Shown: in pieces, positions 40,154 through 49,950 of the stretch | Layout: every line of letters starts with the position of its first letter | Numbering within the stretch: position 1 is the first letter of the stretch | Assembly: GCA_964508155.1 (NCBI GenBank) | Contig: CAZDRE010000004.1 | Span: 58,989 to 122,988, forward strand | Origin: an uncultured Candidatus Bathyarchaeia archaeon | GTDB taxonomy: Archaea; Thermoproteota; Bathyarchaeia; Bathyarchaeales; DTEX01 | Reading direction: 5' to 3' | DNA length: 64,000 nt | Notes under the pieces: generated by a model | What the model saw: the letters and a program-made list of their open reading frames with translations, nothing else | The model's database searches: none | What the model was told of the DNA's origin: nothing | Translations under genes and position numbers: made by a program

Positions 40154-40873
40154 CTAAAGGTCTATCACCTCCCCCGGCTTTATTGATGGTTTAAGTTCCC
40201 AAAGCCATGTTCCATCGGGAAGCACGATCCTCCTCGCTCCGAGCTGACTGAGTCTTCCTCTGAGATCCTCAAGCTTTTTCCTCATAAACCCATTTCTATC
40301 CAGTATGATCACTGATGTTTCTATCATGTCCAAGTAGAATGGTTGCGTCTTCTCAGCCTCCTCTGGAGTTAAAATAACTGGACTTACCAGAGGATATATT
40401 CTATATTTTCTCCAGAGATCAAGTGTGATCTTCTCTATGCCCTCTGTTGCCTTCCTAAAAATTTTAAGTCTCTCAGAGTAGTTTTCTGGCAGATCCTCGA
40501 TAACAATTAAAAGGTCTATGTCACTTTCAGGTCTGGCCTTTCCCGCCGCAACTGAGCCGAACAGAACAATCGACGTCACTCTCGTCCAGAAGTTCTGAAT
40601 TAAACCAACAACTATATGCTCGAGGATTGGTAGATATAGCTTCTGAACTATCCTTTCACGCCATCTAAATCCAGCCCACTCAAGAGCCAATATTACAGGA
40701 TGGGTTGCCCTGTAAACGCCTCTTGAGACTCTCGCCAAGTAACCAGTAACACATAGCCTATGCAAGGTCAATGCAACATTATTTATTTTAAGCTTCTCTA
40801 TCAGGCCTTTCGCGGTGAATTCGTTTAGTCCGAACTCTGATAGAATAAGCCCATAGACTTCTCTAATCTTCAT
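40154..40873 (-). CDS. minimal nucleotidyltransferase (MNT) with N-terminal wHTH
   Basis: LFGSVAAG...SDIDLL; N-terminal LHRLCVTGYLARVSRGVY; C-terminal W.WELKP..KPGEV. Confidence 0.85.
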   Translation of the reverse strand: MKIREVYGLILSEFGLNEFTAKGLIEKLKINNVALTLHRLCVTGYLARVSRGVYRATHPVILALEWAGFRWRERIVQKLYLPILEHIVVGLIQNFWTRVTSIVLFGSVAAGKARPESDIDLLIVIEDLPENYSERLKIFRKATEGIEKITLDLWRKYRIYPLVSPVILTPEEAEKTQPFYLDMIETSVIILDRNGFMRKKLEDLRGRLSQLGARRIVLPDGTWLWELKPSIKPGEVIDL

Positions 40874-41103
40874 TTCTAATTTCTATATATTTCATTTTTT
40901 GATATTTATCGATTATTGATAACTGACCTAACATAATTTTTGGTAAACATCGATTTAAATAGGTTAAATGCTGATCTGAGTGACGTTTATTTCGTCTTGA
41001 TTGGCAACTAAGCCAAGGAAATCTCCAGAGACACTTTAATGCAAGCGAGGCGTTCAATACTGCGAGAATAAAATATAAAGAAAATGTGACAAGGATGGAA
41101 TAA

Positions 41104-41486
41104 AATTCATTATTATATGCATGCAACTGCATAGTAAAGCCGAAGGGGAAGGACTGGTACTTCATATCTCCATTTTTCAAGACTTCTCATGGACCATTCC
41201 AGAATTCGATTGATGTTTCAAGGGGATTCAACATTAGAATAAGATGGGTGAACATCAGAGGGGAGATCATTAATATTGGAGGCTTCCCACGCAGATCCGA
41301 AAACATAGATGGAGATGGATACTTAACATAATCGAGATATTTCATTATAGCTGACCTAGTTAGGGTCTTAAGGATGGCCTCGGGCTCGAAGAAGCAATCG
41401 CCACCGCAGACATGAACGATGACGGAGTAATCGACAATATAGACGTCAGCCTCCTTATCGAGGAGATTATGAAACTGGATCATTGA
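41104..41486 (+). pseudogene. C-terminal relic of a dockerin type I domain-containing protein
   Basis: Manual translation NIDGDGYLT*...IADLVRVLRMA / (frameshift) ATADMNDDGVIDNIDVSLLIEEIMK; paired Ca-binding dockerin repeats. Confidence 0.6.
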
Positions 41487-41537
41487 AGTTCATTCTTTAT
41501 TCGCTCAATCGGCCAGTCTAAGCCTTTGGAGTCAGCC

Positions 41538-41804
41538 TTAGGGAGGATGAAAGATCGAGATAAGGGTCTCAGTATGCAGTACGTTTGGGTGCTGTTCAAT
41601 CATCTCGTAGATTATCTTTCTAAGCTCCTCTAGGCTTTCAGCCTCGATGACGACGACCGCATCGAATCTTCCGAGGACGGAGTTAGCCATCTTCACGCCC
41701 TTTATCCTCCTTGACCTCACGATCTCTTCAGATGTCCCCGGCTTCACAGTGACCAAAACGAAGGCTCTAATGGCTTTCCGACGTAAATCCTTTGAAGAGG
41801 GCAT
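41538..41804 (-). CDS. stand-alone Lrp/AsnC ligand-binding (RAM) domain protein
   Basis: AFVLVTVKPG, GRFDAVV, TETLI; no HTH. Confidence 0.85.
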   Translation of the reverse strand: MPSSKDLRRKAIRAFVLVTVKPGTSEEIVRSRRIKGVKMANSVLGRFDAVVVIEAESLEELRKIIYEMIEQHPNVLHTETLISIFHPP

Positions 41805-41821
41805 TTTGATTATTCCACCTT

Positions 41822-42055
41822 TTAACTCGATAATACGAGGGATGTCTCTGTATGAATTATGTTCGGGTCTTTCTCAATGACCTTATAGAGGATTTTGTTT
41901 ATGCTGTCCAGGTCGGGAGCTTCGATTATTATGACGGCATCGAATCTCCCGTATATTGCGTCCGCTTGAACGACCTCTTTGACTTTTCTCTTTATTCTAT
42001 CAACCACCTGAAGGGAAGTCGCTGGCTTTGTCTTCACAAATATGTATGCTCTCAT
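41822..42055 (-). CDS. stand-alone Lrp/AsnC ligand-binding (RAM) domain protein
   Basis: AYIFVKTKP, YGRFDAVI, TETSLV; no HTH. Confidence 0.85.
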   Translation of the reverse strand: MRAYIFVKTKPATSLQVVDRIKRKVKEVVQADAIYGRFDAVIIIEAPDLDSINKILYKVIEKDPNIIHTETSLVLSS

Positions 42056-42092
42056 CTACTTCACCTACCATATTATGCTCATTCTCCAATTC

Positions 42093-43559
42093 TTAATAAT
42101 CGAGATATTTCATTATTTCCCATGGTGTCACGTAGAGGCAATACTGGTTCCAGTCGCTCATCTTGTACTCGATGAACGCGTCGAAGATGTGGCTTCCAAG
42201 AGTCTGATGGATCACCTCATCGCTCTTCATCTCTTCCAAAGCGTCCCTCAGCGTCGTCGGGAGCTCCCCAATCCCCAAAGCCCTCCTCCTCTCCGGAGAT
42301 AACTTATAGACGTCCTCGTCGACGGGATCTCCGGGATCAATCTTCTTCTTAACTCCATCAAGTCCAGCCATCAAGATGCAGGAGAACGCAAGGTAAGAGT
42401 TACAAGACGGATCAGCAGATCTAAATTCGATTCTCTTTTGTGAAGCATATTTCGGACCCTTAAAGTATACTGGAACCCTAACGAGAGCTGATCTGTTACG
42501 TCTAGACCACATGATGTATATGGGAGCCTCAAATCCTGGGACAAGCCTCTTATATGAATTCACGGTGGGGCAGCATACAGCCGTGAGCGCCTTTGCATGC
42601 TCTAGTAGACCTCCGATGAAGTATCTTCCGGTCTGGCTTAGCTCGGCGTATTCGTCGTTCTCATCATACATTGCGTTTTTTCCATTTCTCCAGAGAGATG
42701 TGTGGACATGCATCCCACTGGCATTGTCAAGATAAACGGGCTTAGGCATGAATGTTGCGATCATCCCATACTTTTTAGCCACGTTCTTAGCGACAAACTT
42801 ATAATAGACTGTCCTATCGGCAGTCTCAACCAAGCCTCCAAAGCGAAAGTCGATCTCGATCTGCCCGGCTGTTGCCACTTCATGATGATGCATCTCAACT
42901 CTGAAGCCAAAGTAATCCTCAAGTATCGATGCAACCTCATTGCGGTACTCAACTGTTGTATCCTCAGGCGGAGGCCTAAAATAAGCCTCCTTCGGCCTCA
43001 AGGTGAATCTCCCAGCGGAGATCTCAGGCGACTCCGGCACTACCCTTGGGGCTCCCCAAGAGTCTCCCCTCCCTCCATTTGGGCTGACCCACAAGTCCCA
43101 CACAAGCTTTGTTGGATCAATTGAAGTGAAGATAAAATACTCCAACTCAGGTCCGAAGTAGGCCGTGTAACCCATCTCCGCCGCCTCCTTTACCGCTCTC
43201 TTTGCAACGTAACCTCTGGAGCAGACCTCGGAAGGTTCTTCGCCGCCGTAAGCCTCATAAACATCTCCGATGACTATTGCGCTCTTCTGTTTTTCATCGC
43301 TTGTCCAAGGTATCACAGCCAGCGTCTCTGGATCGGGCTTCAGGATCATATCTGACTCTTCGATGGGCTTGAAACCCCTTATCGAGGAGCCGTCGAATCC
43401 TATGCCGGATAAGAAGGCATCACCCTCTATATATTTCCTGGCCGGTACAACCACGTCCTGCATGAGTCCGCGGAGATCCACGAATGTGGAGTGAACCCAT
43501 CGGATCTTATTCCTCTTTAGGATCTCAACGGCCGTCTTAACGGCCTCTAATCCATCCAT
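42093..43559 (-). CDS. glnA: glutamine synthetase type I
   Basis: FDGSSI, GPELE, HHEVATAGQ, FMPKP..DNASGMH, NSYKRLVPGFEAP, NRSA, RIEFR. Confidence 0.96.
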   Translation of the reverse strand: MDGLEAVKTAVEILKRNKIRWVHSTFVDLRGLMQDVVVPARKYIEGDAFLSGIGFDGSSIRGFKPIEESDMILKPDPETLAVIPWTSDEKQKSAIVIGDVYEAYGGEEPSEVCSRGYVAKRAVKEAAEMGYTAYFGPELEYFIFTSIDPTKLVWDLWVSPNGGRGDSWGAPRVVPESPEISAGRFTLRPKEAYFRPPPEDTTVEYRNEVASILEDYFGFRVEMHHHEVATAGQIEIDFRFGGLVETADRTVYYKFVAKNVAKKYGMIATFMPKPVYLDNASGMHVHTSLWRNGKNAMYDENDEYAELSQTGRYFIGGLLEHAKALTAVCCPTVNSYKRLVPGFEAPIYIMWSRRNRSALVRVPVYFKGPKYASQKRIEFRSADPSCNSYLAFSCILMAGLDGVKKKIDPGDPVDEDVYKLSPERRRALGIGELPTTLRDALEEMKSDEVIHQTLGSHIFDAFIEYKMSDWNQYCLYVTPWEIMKYLDY

Positions 43560-43779
43560 TATTGTGACACCTTTTTATTCAATAATATTGACTATAAATT
43601 GAAAGAATTATATATAAAAGTTTCGCTTATTGGAAAAACATTTATGTAGTATCAGAAAAATTGAACAAGCGTATCAGATGCAGGACGATTACTAGGATAA
43701 CGCTAAGAAGAAATCCTTTAACTAGTCTGGAAGCGACGGCAATAGGAACTTCTATATTATGGACGCTTAAGAATTTTAG

Positions 43780-45474
43780 ATGAATTCAGGAGGGCGTCTC
43801 ATGAGAATCGCAATGGCCCAGATAAACTCGACAGTCGGCGACTTGAAGGGAAATATCCAAAAGATAAGAAAATATTTGGAAGAGGCTGAGAGGCTCGGAG
43901 CCGAACTGGTGGCTTTTCCAGAAATGGCCGTAACCGGCTATCCTCCTCAAGACTTATTATATGAAAAGGCATTTGTGAAGGAGAATAAGAAGGCGCTTGA
44001 GGGCCTGATTAGATCTAATGATGCTGAAATTATTGGGATTGTAGGTTTCGTTGACTTTGACTATGCAGGAAACCTTTACGATGCAGCCGCGATCTTCAAG
44101 AAAGACGAGATGATCGGGATGGTGTATAAGACTCTTCTGCACACCTGCGATATGTTCGACAAGTACAAATATTTCAAGTCAGCGAAGGAGGAGAGCATCA
44201 GACCCGTGAAGGTGGAGATGGGTGGAAAAGAGGTTAATTTAGGCGTCGAGATCTGCGAGGACCTGTGGGACTATGAATATGAGATTAAGGTGACCGATCT
44301 TCTAGCTGAGAGGGGAGCCGACCTCATTGTTAATATCTCCGCCTCACCATTCTATGTTGGGAAAAGATTGGAAAGGGAGAGGTTGCTGAAAAAGAAGGCC
44401 GCCAAAAATAAGGTTCCGATATTCTATGTGAACTTAGTGGGAGGCCAGGATGAGTTCGTCTTTGACGGGCGGAGCTTAGCCGTAGATGCATCAGGTAATC
44501 TCATAGCGTTTGCCAAGCAGTTCGAGGAGGACCTCGTGATCGTCGATATTGACCTAGAAAAGGGAGTAGCCCCAAAGGTTAATCCTCCTCCCTATAATAG
44601 GGAGGAGGAGATGTTTAATGCTCTAGTGCTGGGGGTCCGCGATTACTTTAGGAAGACGGGATTCAGGAAGGCTGTTGTCGGAATGAGCGGTGGGATCGAC
44701 TCCTCGCTTGCGGCATGCATTGCGGTTGAGGCATTGGGCAGAGAAAATGTCATAGGAGTCTTCATGCCCTCCAGATTCACGAGTGAACATAGTAGGGCTG
44801 ATGCTGAGAGGCTTGCTAAGAACCTTGGGATATGCTTCGTCCAGTTTTCTATAGAGGAGATCATTGAGAGTTACAGAAGAACACTAGAAGAGCCCCTAGA
44901 GATGATAAGAAGGTATTTCGGAATAAGCAAGGATAGGGATGATCCAGTTGCTGATGAGAATATTCAGCCCAGAATAAGAGGGAACTGTCTCATGGACATC
45001 TCTAATCGACTTAAGGACCTCAAGATACTTGTGCTAAATACGGGAAACAAGACTGAGCTTGCACTCGGCTACTGCACGCTCTACGGAGATATGACTGGAG
45101 GGATCGGGGTGCTTGGAGATGTAAGCAAGATTGACGTCTACAGGCTGGCAGAATACGTAAATAGGAAGGCCGGCAGGGAGATAATACCGGAAAACGTATT
45201 CAAGAAGAGACCCTCAGCTGAACTTAGAGAGAATCAATATGATCCCTTCGATTATAGCATAGTCAGCCCCCTAGTCGATGAGATCGTTGAGAATCGAAGG
45301 AGCAAGGAGGAGCTAATAAGAATGGGATACCCAAGGGAGGTAGTCGAAGATGTCTACAGGAGGATTAGAAGGGCTGAGTATAAGAGGCGGCAGGCCCCTC
45401 CATGCATAAAGATCACCAAGAAGGCCTTCGGCATCGAATGGAAGATGCCGATAGTCAATAAGTATGAAGGCTAA
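43780..45474 (+). CDS. nadE: glutamine-dependent NAD+ synthetase (nitrilase domain + synthetase)
   Basis: FPEM/K/ICED triad, SGGIDS, ENIQPR, TGNKTE, GYCTLYGD, AEYKRRQ; start probably 43801. Confidence 0.93.
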   Translation: MNSGGRLMRIAMAQINSTVGDLKGNIQKIRKYLEEAERLGAELVAFPEMAVTGYPPQDLLYEKAFVKENKKALEGLIRSNDAEIIGIVGFVDFDYAGNLYDAAAIFKKDEMIGMVYKTLLHTCDMFDKYKYFKSAKEESIRPVKVEMGGKEVNLGVEICEDLWDYEYEIKVTDLLAERGADLIVNISASPFYVGKRLERERLLKKKAAKNKVPIFYVNLVGGQDEFVFDGRSLAVDASGNLIAFAKQFEEDLVIVDIDLEKGVAPKVNPPPYNREEEMFNALVLGVRDYFRKTGFRKAVVGMSGGIDSSLAACIAVEALGRENVIGVFMPSRFTSEHSRADAERLAKNLGICFVQFSIEEIIESYRRTLEEPLEMIRRYFGISKDRDDPVADENIQPRIRGNCLMDISNRLKDLKILVLNTGNKTELALGYCTLYGDMTGGIGVLGDVSKIDVYRLAEYVNRKAGREIIPENVFKKRPSAELRENQYDPFDYSIVSPLVDEIVENRRSKEELIRMGYPREVVEDVYRRIRRAEYKRRQAPPCIKITKKAFGIEWKMPIVNKYEG

Positions 45475-45612
45475 AAAAAATTATCCTCACAATACCATAA
45501 TTATTGGCGTATTATACATTCGGTTATAGTTGATATGTTAGATCATCTGGTTTAAAAGGCATGTTTAAGTTTCTCCAGAAATAATTATCGTTTTCGGAGG
45601 CTTCATAAGAGT

Positions 45613-46608
45613 ATGTATAGGTTCATATATGATTTGAAAAGAAAGAGGATTATTCTAGGTAATCTGCCCTTCCTGGGCATTAGCTATCAGGGCCGCGAGA
45701 AAGATCTAAGGTATAGGGAGAGGTTCTCCGATAAGTCCGAAATAAAGAGAGTTATGAGGGTAGCCCTAAAATATGATGTAAATTTCTTCGCCGCTTCATC
45801 GCGAGAATTCAGTGATCTCTCCGCGCTTCACCTCGAGGCTGTAAAGGAGCTTGAAGAGGAGGAGGAAACAGATATCAGATTGATAGTCTGCATTAGCATA
45901 CCACTCTGGATCGGAGGTTCAAAAGTTAATGACTATAAAAGATGGAAGACCCATATACTCTATGAGTCTAAAGGGTTCGGAGAATCTGTTCTACAGAAGG
46001 CACTGGATGATCCCATACTAAATTTCCGTCCGAGATGGAAGGAACTGATCCTTAGCGTTAAAGCCTACCCATTGAGCCAGCTCAGAAGCAGACTCAAGAT
46101 CGATTGGAGAAAATGGGAGAGTAGCATTGATTACTTTTCAAACTGGAATGTCGCATGGATAGAACCCGGATCAGAAATCGACTTTATAGCCCTTGCAAGA
46201 ACCGATCTCATAGGCGACATTATAGATAGCATTCGTGACGCTGGATATAGAAGCCTATTGGGTTCACACCATCTAGGCGTAACGGCTCAGCTCATAAAAG
46301 AGAATGAAATAGGAGGGTTTGATGGCTACGTCACGCCGATCAACAGGCTCGGCGTAATGATGTTTCCCTCCAAAAAGGAGGTCGAGAATGCTAGTAAGAG
46401 GATTCGAAGCGAAGGAAAGATGCTTATAGCCATTAAGCCTTTTGCCGGAGGCAGAATACCGCCAAGGGAAGCCCTAACCTACGTCTATAGGAATGTTGAA
46501 GCCGATGCATGCATGATTGGAGTTGCATCCGTTGAGGAGGCAGAGGAAGACTTTAGAATTGCAAAGCAGATCATATCAGGAGAGTCCGCTAAATCCAGTT
46601 ATGAATGA
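45613..46608 (+). CDS. hypothetical TIM-barrel protein, distantly aldo/keto-reductase-like
   Basis: ILGNLPFLG, PIN.LG.MM, IAIKPFAGGRI, IGVAS..E. Confidence 0.55.
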   Translation: MYRFIYDLKRKRIILGNLPFLGISYQGREKDLRYRERFSDKSEIKRVMRVALKYDVNFFAASSREFSDLSALHLEAVKELEEEEETDIRLIVCISIPLWIGGSKVNDYKRWKTHILYESKGFGESVLQKALDDPILNFRPRWKELILSVKAYPLSQLRSRLKIDWRKWESSIDYFSNWNVAWIEPGSEIDFIALARTDLIGDIIDSIRDAGYRSLLGSHHLGVTAQLIKENEIGGFDGYVTPINRLGVMMFPSKKEVENASKRIRSEGKMLIAIKPFAGGRIPPREALTYVYRNVEADACMIGVASVEEAEEDFRIAKQIISGESAKSSYE

Positions 46609-48482
46609 GGAAGATACTCGGCAACCCAGCCTATTCCTAGCTCCTCAAGTTTTCCCCTACATGGCACACCGGTCTCTTCATCCCAGCACATCATCCTATA
46701 ATAGATGCGCCTTGCATTCTTCAGTTCATCTGGGTTCACCGCAACTTCAGAGAGCGGCCCCACAGTCTGCGGATGGAAGAATCTATCGGGAAGCCAATCG
46801 TCATCGGATGTTATGCCCTCTCTAATGTTGAAGACCCTCGCCATATTCAATACGCGCTCACCCAGCTTCATCAGCTCCCACATAGTCGAGTTCCAGTCCG
46901 TAACTGCTCTGAGTATCTCCAATTTTTGATCGTAACTCCACGGCACAGAACTGCACATTAAAAGGCAATTATCTAGGATCGCTGTGAACGTGCAGTATAT
47001 GAGGAGGCGAACCTTGTTTGGACCTAGATCTTCAAGGGGCGCCTGATCTAATATTCCAAGCGCCTTAACGTTTTCCCATGCTGACTCTTGGATGAAACCT
47101 GTGTCGTGGATGTTATGGACATGATCCGCTCCAGTCGGCGAGACTGCGTATCCTAGACCTAAAGCCCTCTTCAGTCTAGGCTCATGCATCGGAACCTCCT
47201 GCCCCTTCACATGCACCGCATATTGCTCAGCTCCCCTACCTATCCTCTCAGCCGCCCTCCTCGTTCCCTCAGCCAATAAGTCCCCAATACCCTCCCTCCT
47301 ACCTATCATCTCAACAAGCTTAACCATAGCCTCAGCATTCCCAAATCTTAAATCTAAGCCTCCAGTATCCTCCCTAGTTAATATGCCATTCTCATAGCAT
47401 TCCATGGCGAAGGCTATAGTCGCGCCTGTTCCAATAGTGTCAATCGTATATTTCTGGCATAGCTCATTTGCCTTGCATATAGCCTTTAAATCGTCTATTC
47501 CACAATTTGATCCCAAAGCTGCGAGGGTTTCGTATTCTGGCCCTCCATACTCCGGATCAACCTTCCATGGCTCATCAACTTTAACGACTTTCTTACATCT
47601 TAATGGGCAGGCATAGCAGCTGTCCATTCTGATGAGTATCGTATCCCTAATTGTTTGGGCTGATATTGCCTCGGGATTCGGGAAGAGTCCATCCCTAAAG
47701 TTTCTCGTCGGCAAGTTTCCAGATAGCACATGAGCGGTCATCCATGCTCCCGTCCCTAAGCCCCAATCTACTCCGCCAGCGCCTCTCGGCTTAGCTGATG
47801 CCCAATCAACCATCACCTCAGTGAGCTTCCTCACCTTATCTGGATCGGCAACCTTAACTTCTCCATGCCCCCTAACCGCTATTGCTTTAAGCCTCTTAGA
47901 GCCCATAACGGCGCCCATTCCCGTCCTACCAGCAGCATGCTTCAAATCGTTTATTACGCATGCATACCGAACGAGATTCTCTCCTCCCGGCCCAATCTGC
48001 ATAGTCCTTATAAGGTTATTCTTAAGCTCCTCCCTGATGACCCTTTGAGAATCGGCAATATACATCCCCCAGATATGCTTTGCATCTCTGATCTCGGCCT
48101 CTCCATCATGAATCCATAGGTAGACGGGCTTTTCAGCTCTGCCTTCTATTATGATACAGTCGAATCCCGCCTTCTTCAGCTCCGCCCCAAAGAATCCCCC
48201 TCCCTCAGATGCTCCAAACCCTCCTGTCAGCGGAGATTTTCCTCCAACAGCGTTTCTCCCGCTCCCTGCTATAGGAACACCCGTTATCGGACCGAGGGCA
48301 ACGATCAGCTTATTCGCAGGCGAGAGAGGCTCAGCTCCACTCTCAAGTTCCCTCAGCAGATAATATGCTATGAATCCCCATCCGCCCATATACCGCCTAT
48401 AAAAGTTTTCGTCTGGACTTTCAATTCTAATCTTATCGTCTGTCAGATTAACGCGTAGAATTCTTCCAGCATATCCAAACAT
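46599..48482 (-). CDS. tungsten aldehyde:ferredoxin oxidoreductase family protein
   Basis: GYAGRILRVNL, KSPLTG, AAGRTGMGAVMGSK, CYACPLRC, GPEYET, HEPR. Confidence 0.92.
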   Translation of the reverse strand: MFGYAGRILRVNLTDDKIRIESPDENFYRRYMGGWGFIAYYLLRELESGAEPLSPANKLIVALGPITGVPIAGSGRNAVGGKSPLTGGFGASEGGGFFGAELKKAGFDCIIIEGRAEKPVYLWIHDGEAEIRDAKHIWGMYIADSQRVIREELKNNLIRTMQIGPGGENLVRYACVINDLKHAAGRTGMGAVMGSKRLKAIAVRGHGEVKVADPDKVRKLTEVMVDWASAKPRGAGGVDWGLGTGAWMTAHVLSGNLPTRNFRDGLFPNPEAISAQTIRDTILIRMDSCYACPLRCKKVVKVDEPWKVDPEYGGPEYETLAALGSNCGIDDLKAICKANELCQKYTIDTIGTGATIAFAMECYENGILTREDTGGLDLRFGNAEAMVKLVEMIGRREGIGDLLAEGTRRAAERIGRGAEQYAVHVKGQEVPMHEPRLKRALGLGYAVSPTGADHVHNIHDTGFIQESAWENVKALGILDQAPLEDLGPNKVRLLIYCTFTAILDNCLLMCSSVPWSYDQKLEILRAVTDWNSTMWELMKLGERVLNMARVFNIREGITSDDDWLPDRFFHPQTVGPLSEVAVNPDELKNARRIYYRMMCWDEETGVPCRGKLEELGIGWVAEYLPHS

Positions 48483-48688
48483 CAGTCAGTCCTCCTTAAA
48501 TAGTAGTATTCTATGGGGGTGATCTTTCCCTTCCCATACAGTCTAACTATGGCCTTTCCAGCCGAAATTCTGTCAATATTGTATCTCTGCTTTAGAATCC
48601 TGTAGATATCCTCTATTGCTATCTTTCCAGTCTCATCGCTGAACTCATCGATCACTGAAAGAATCACTTCTTCCACGTCCTTATTCAC
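48482..48688 (-). CDS. small winged-helix-like hypothetical protein overlapping the AOR start
   Basis: IEDIY..LK..YNID...AIVRL..KGKI; stop/start overlap at 48482. Confidence 0.55.
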   Translation of the reverse strand: MNKDVEEVILSVIDEFSDETGKIAIEDIYRILKQRYNIDRISAGKAIVRLYGKGKITPIEYYYLRRTD

Positions 48689-48819
48689 CTGAACAGGCCC
48701 TCCAGATATTCCCCTTCATTAATTGGACGAAGAGAGATTTATCATTGTTGCCTTAAAGTGGAGCACCGACCTAACGCTTTTAATCATAAGCGATAAATGT
48801 TCCTTGGAGGTCGGCTGAT

Positions 48820-49926
48820 ATGCTAGAAGCCGTAATAGAGAGAATGCCATACACTATCGTTGACGTAAGCGGATCCCCCTATGAACGCGGATTTGCCTAC
48901 GGTTCTCTAATGAAAGATTCGCTGAAGCGTTTTCTACAAAGGGAATTCTATGAGCGCTGGAATGATATGAAGGAGGATATGCGGCTCTTCGGCGGGAAAT
49001 GCCTAGATGAGATGAGGGACTGCCTACCAAAGGCAACAGAGTTCCTCCGGGGATTATCAGATGGAAGCGAATTGTCAATGGAGGAGACAGTTATGATGCA
49101 ATGCCACGAAGAGTTCGTTCACGGCATGGAGATGACTGGTCACTGCAGCGCCATCGCCGTAGCCCCCGCGGAGACCGCTGATGGAAGAACGTATGTGGGA
49201 CAGAACTGGGACTGGATAACCTCGATGAACGAGTATAAGCTGCTTCTACGTCAAAGAACCGATGATGGACTCCGCATCTTAACGTATGCCTTCGGAGGCT
49301 TGTGGTGTGGGGCTGGAATGAACTCAGCCGGCATAGCCTTAACGTGGACGAGCGCCTACAAACCCAAGAGACCTGGGGAAAAGAAGGATCCCGGAAAGGC
49401 CGAGTTTGGGGTTCCAACATATGCTTTAATCGCCGAGGTCTTAGAGCAGAAGGATCTAAGCTCCGCAGTTGATCTAATCATGAAGGTTAAGAATGCCGGG
49501 TGGTTCATATTTGTGCTTGCATCCGCTGATGGAAGAATAGTCGAGATTGAGGCATGCCCAAACTTTAAGGTTAAGGTTCATTCAAGGTCATTTATTGTAG
49601 CGGCTCATGGAGTTTATCAGACCGATAAGATGAGGTCGCATTTCGGATTCGACCCAGAAAGGGAGCTTCCGCCATTCGACGCTGGGATCTCCCGTCTCTC
49701 CCAGCTCCTAATGATATATTCAGGTCAGATCACGCCTGAGCTCTTAATGCGCTTCCTCGCCTCGCATCTCCCATCGGAGAAGATGCCCAACGTGAATGCT
49801 GTGATATGCGAGCATGGAATTGAGCATGCCACGTTAGACTCTATGCTCTTCTGTCCATCGAGCGGCGAATGCTGGTTTACTCCAGGTCCACCATGCCAGC
49901 ATAAGCCAATAAAACTGAAGGTATGA
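48820..49926 (+). CDS. C45-family autoproteolytic acyltransferase/peptidase (Ntn hydrolase)
   Basis: GSPYERG..YG, H|CSAIA nucleophile, GQNWD, GMNSAG, GPPC. Confidence 0.85.
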   Translation: MLEAVIERMPYTIVDVSGSPYERGFAYGSLMKDSLKRFLQREFYERWNDMKEDMRLFGGKCLDEMRDCLPKATEFLRGLSDGSELSMEETVMMQCHEEFVHGMEMTGHCSAIAVAPAETADGRTYVGQNWDWITSMNEYKLLLRQRTDDGLRILTYAFGGLWCGAGMNSAGIALTWTSAYKPKRPGEKKDPGKAEFGVPTYALIAEVLEQKDLSSAVDLIMKVKNAGWFIFVLASADGRIVEIEACPNFKVKVHSRSFIVAAHGVYQTDKMRSHFGFDPERELPPFDAGISRLSQLLMIYSGQITPELLMRFLASHLPSEKMPNVNAVICEHGIEHATLDSMLFCPSSGECWFTPGPPCQHKPIKLKV

Positions 49927-49950
49927 TATGATCATATGTGGTGAAATATC

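Noticed and set aside
40863..41180. 105-aa minus-strand ORF upstream of the MNT gene
   Set aside because: No recognisable motif, and it spans the likely AT-rich promoter region.
41187..41483. 98-aa minus-strand ORF
   Set aside because: Antisense shadow of the dockerin relic.
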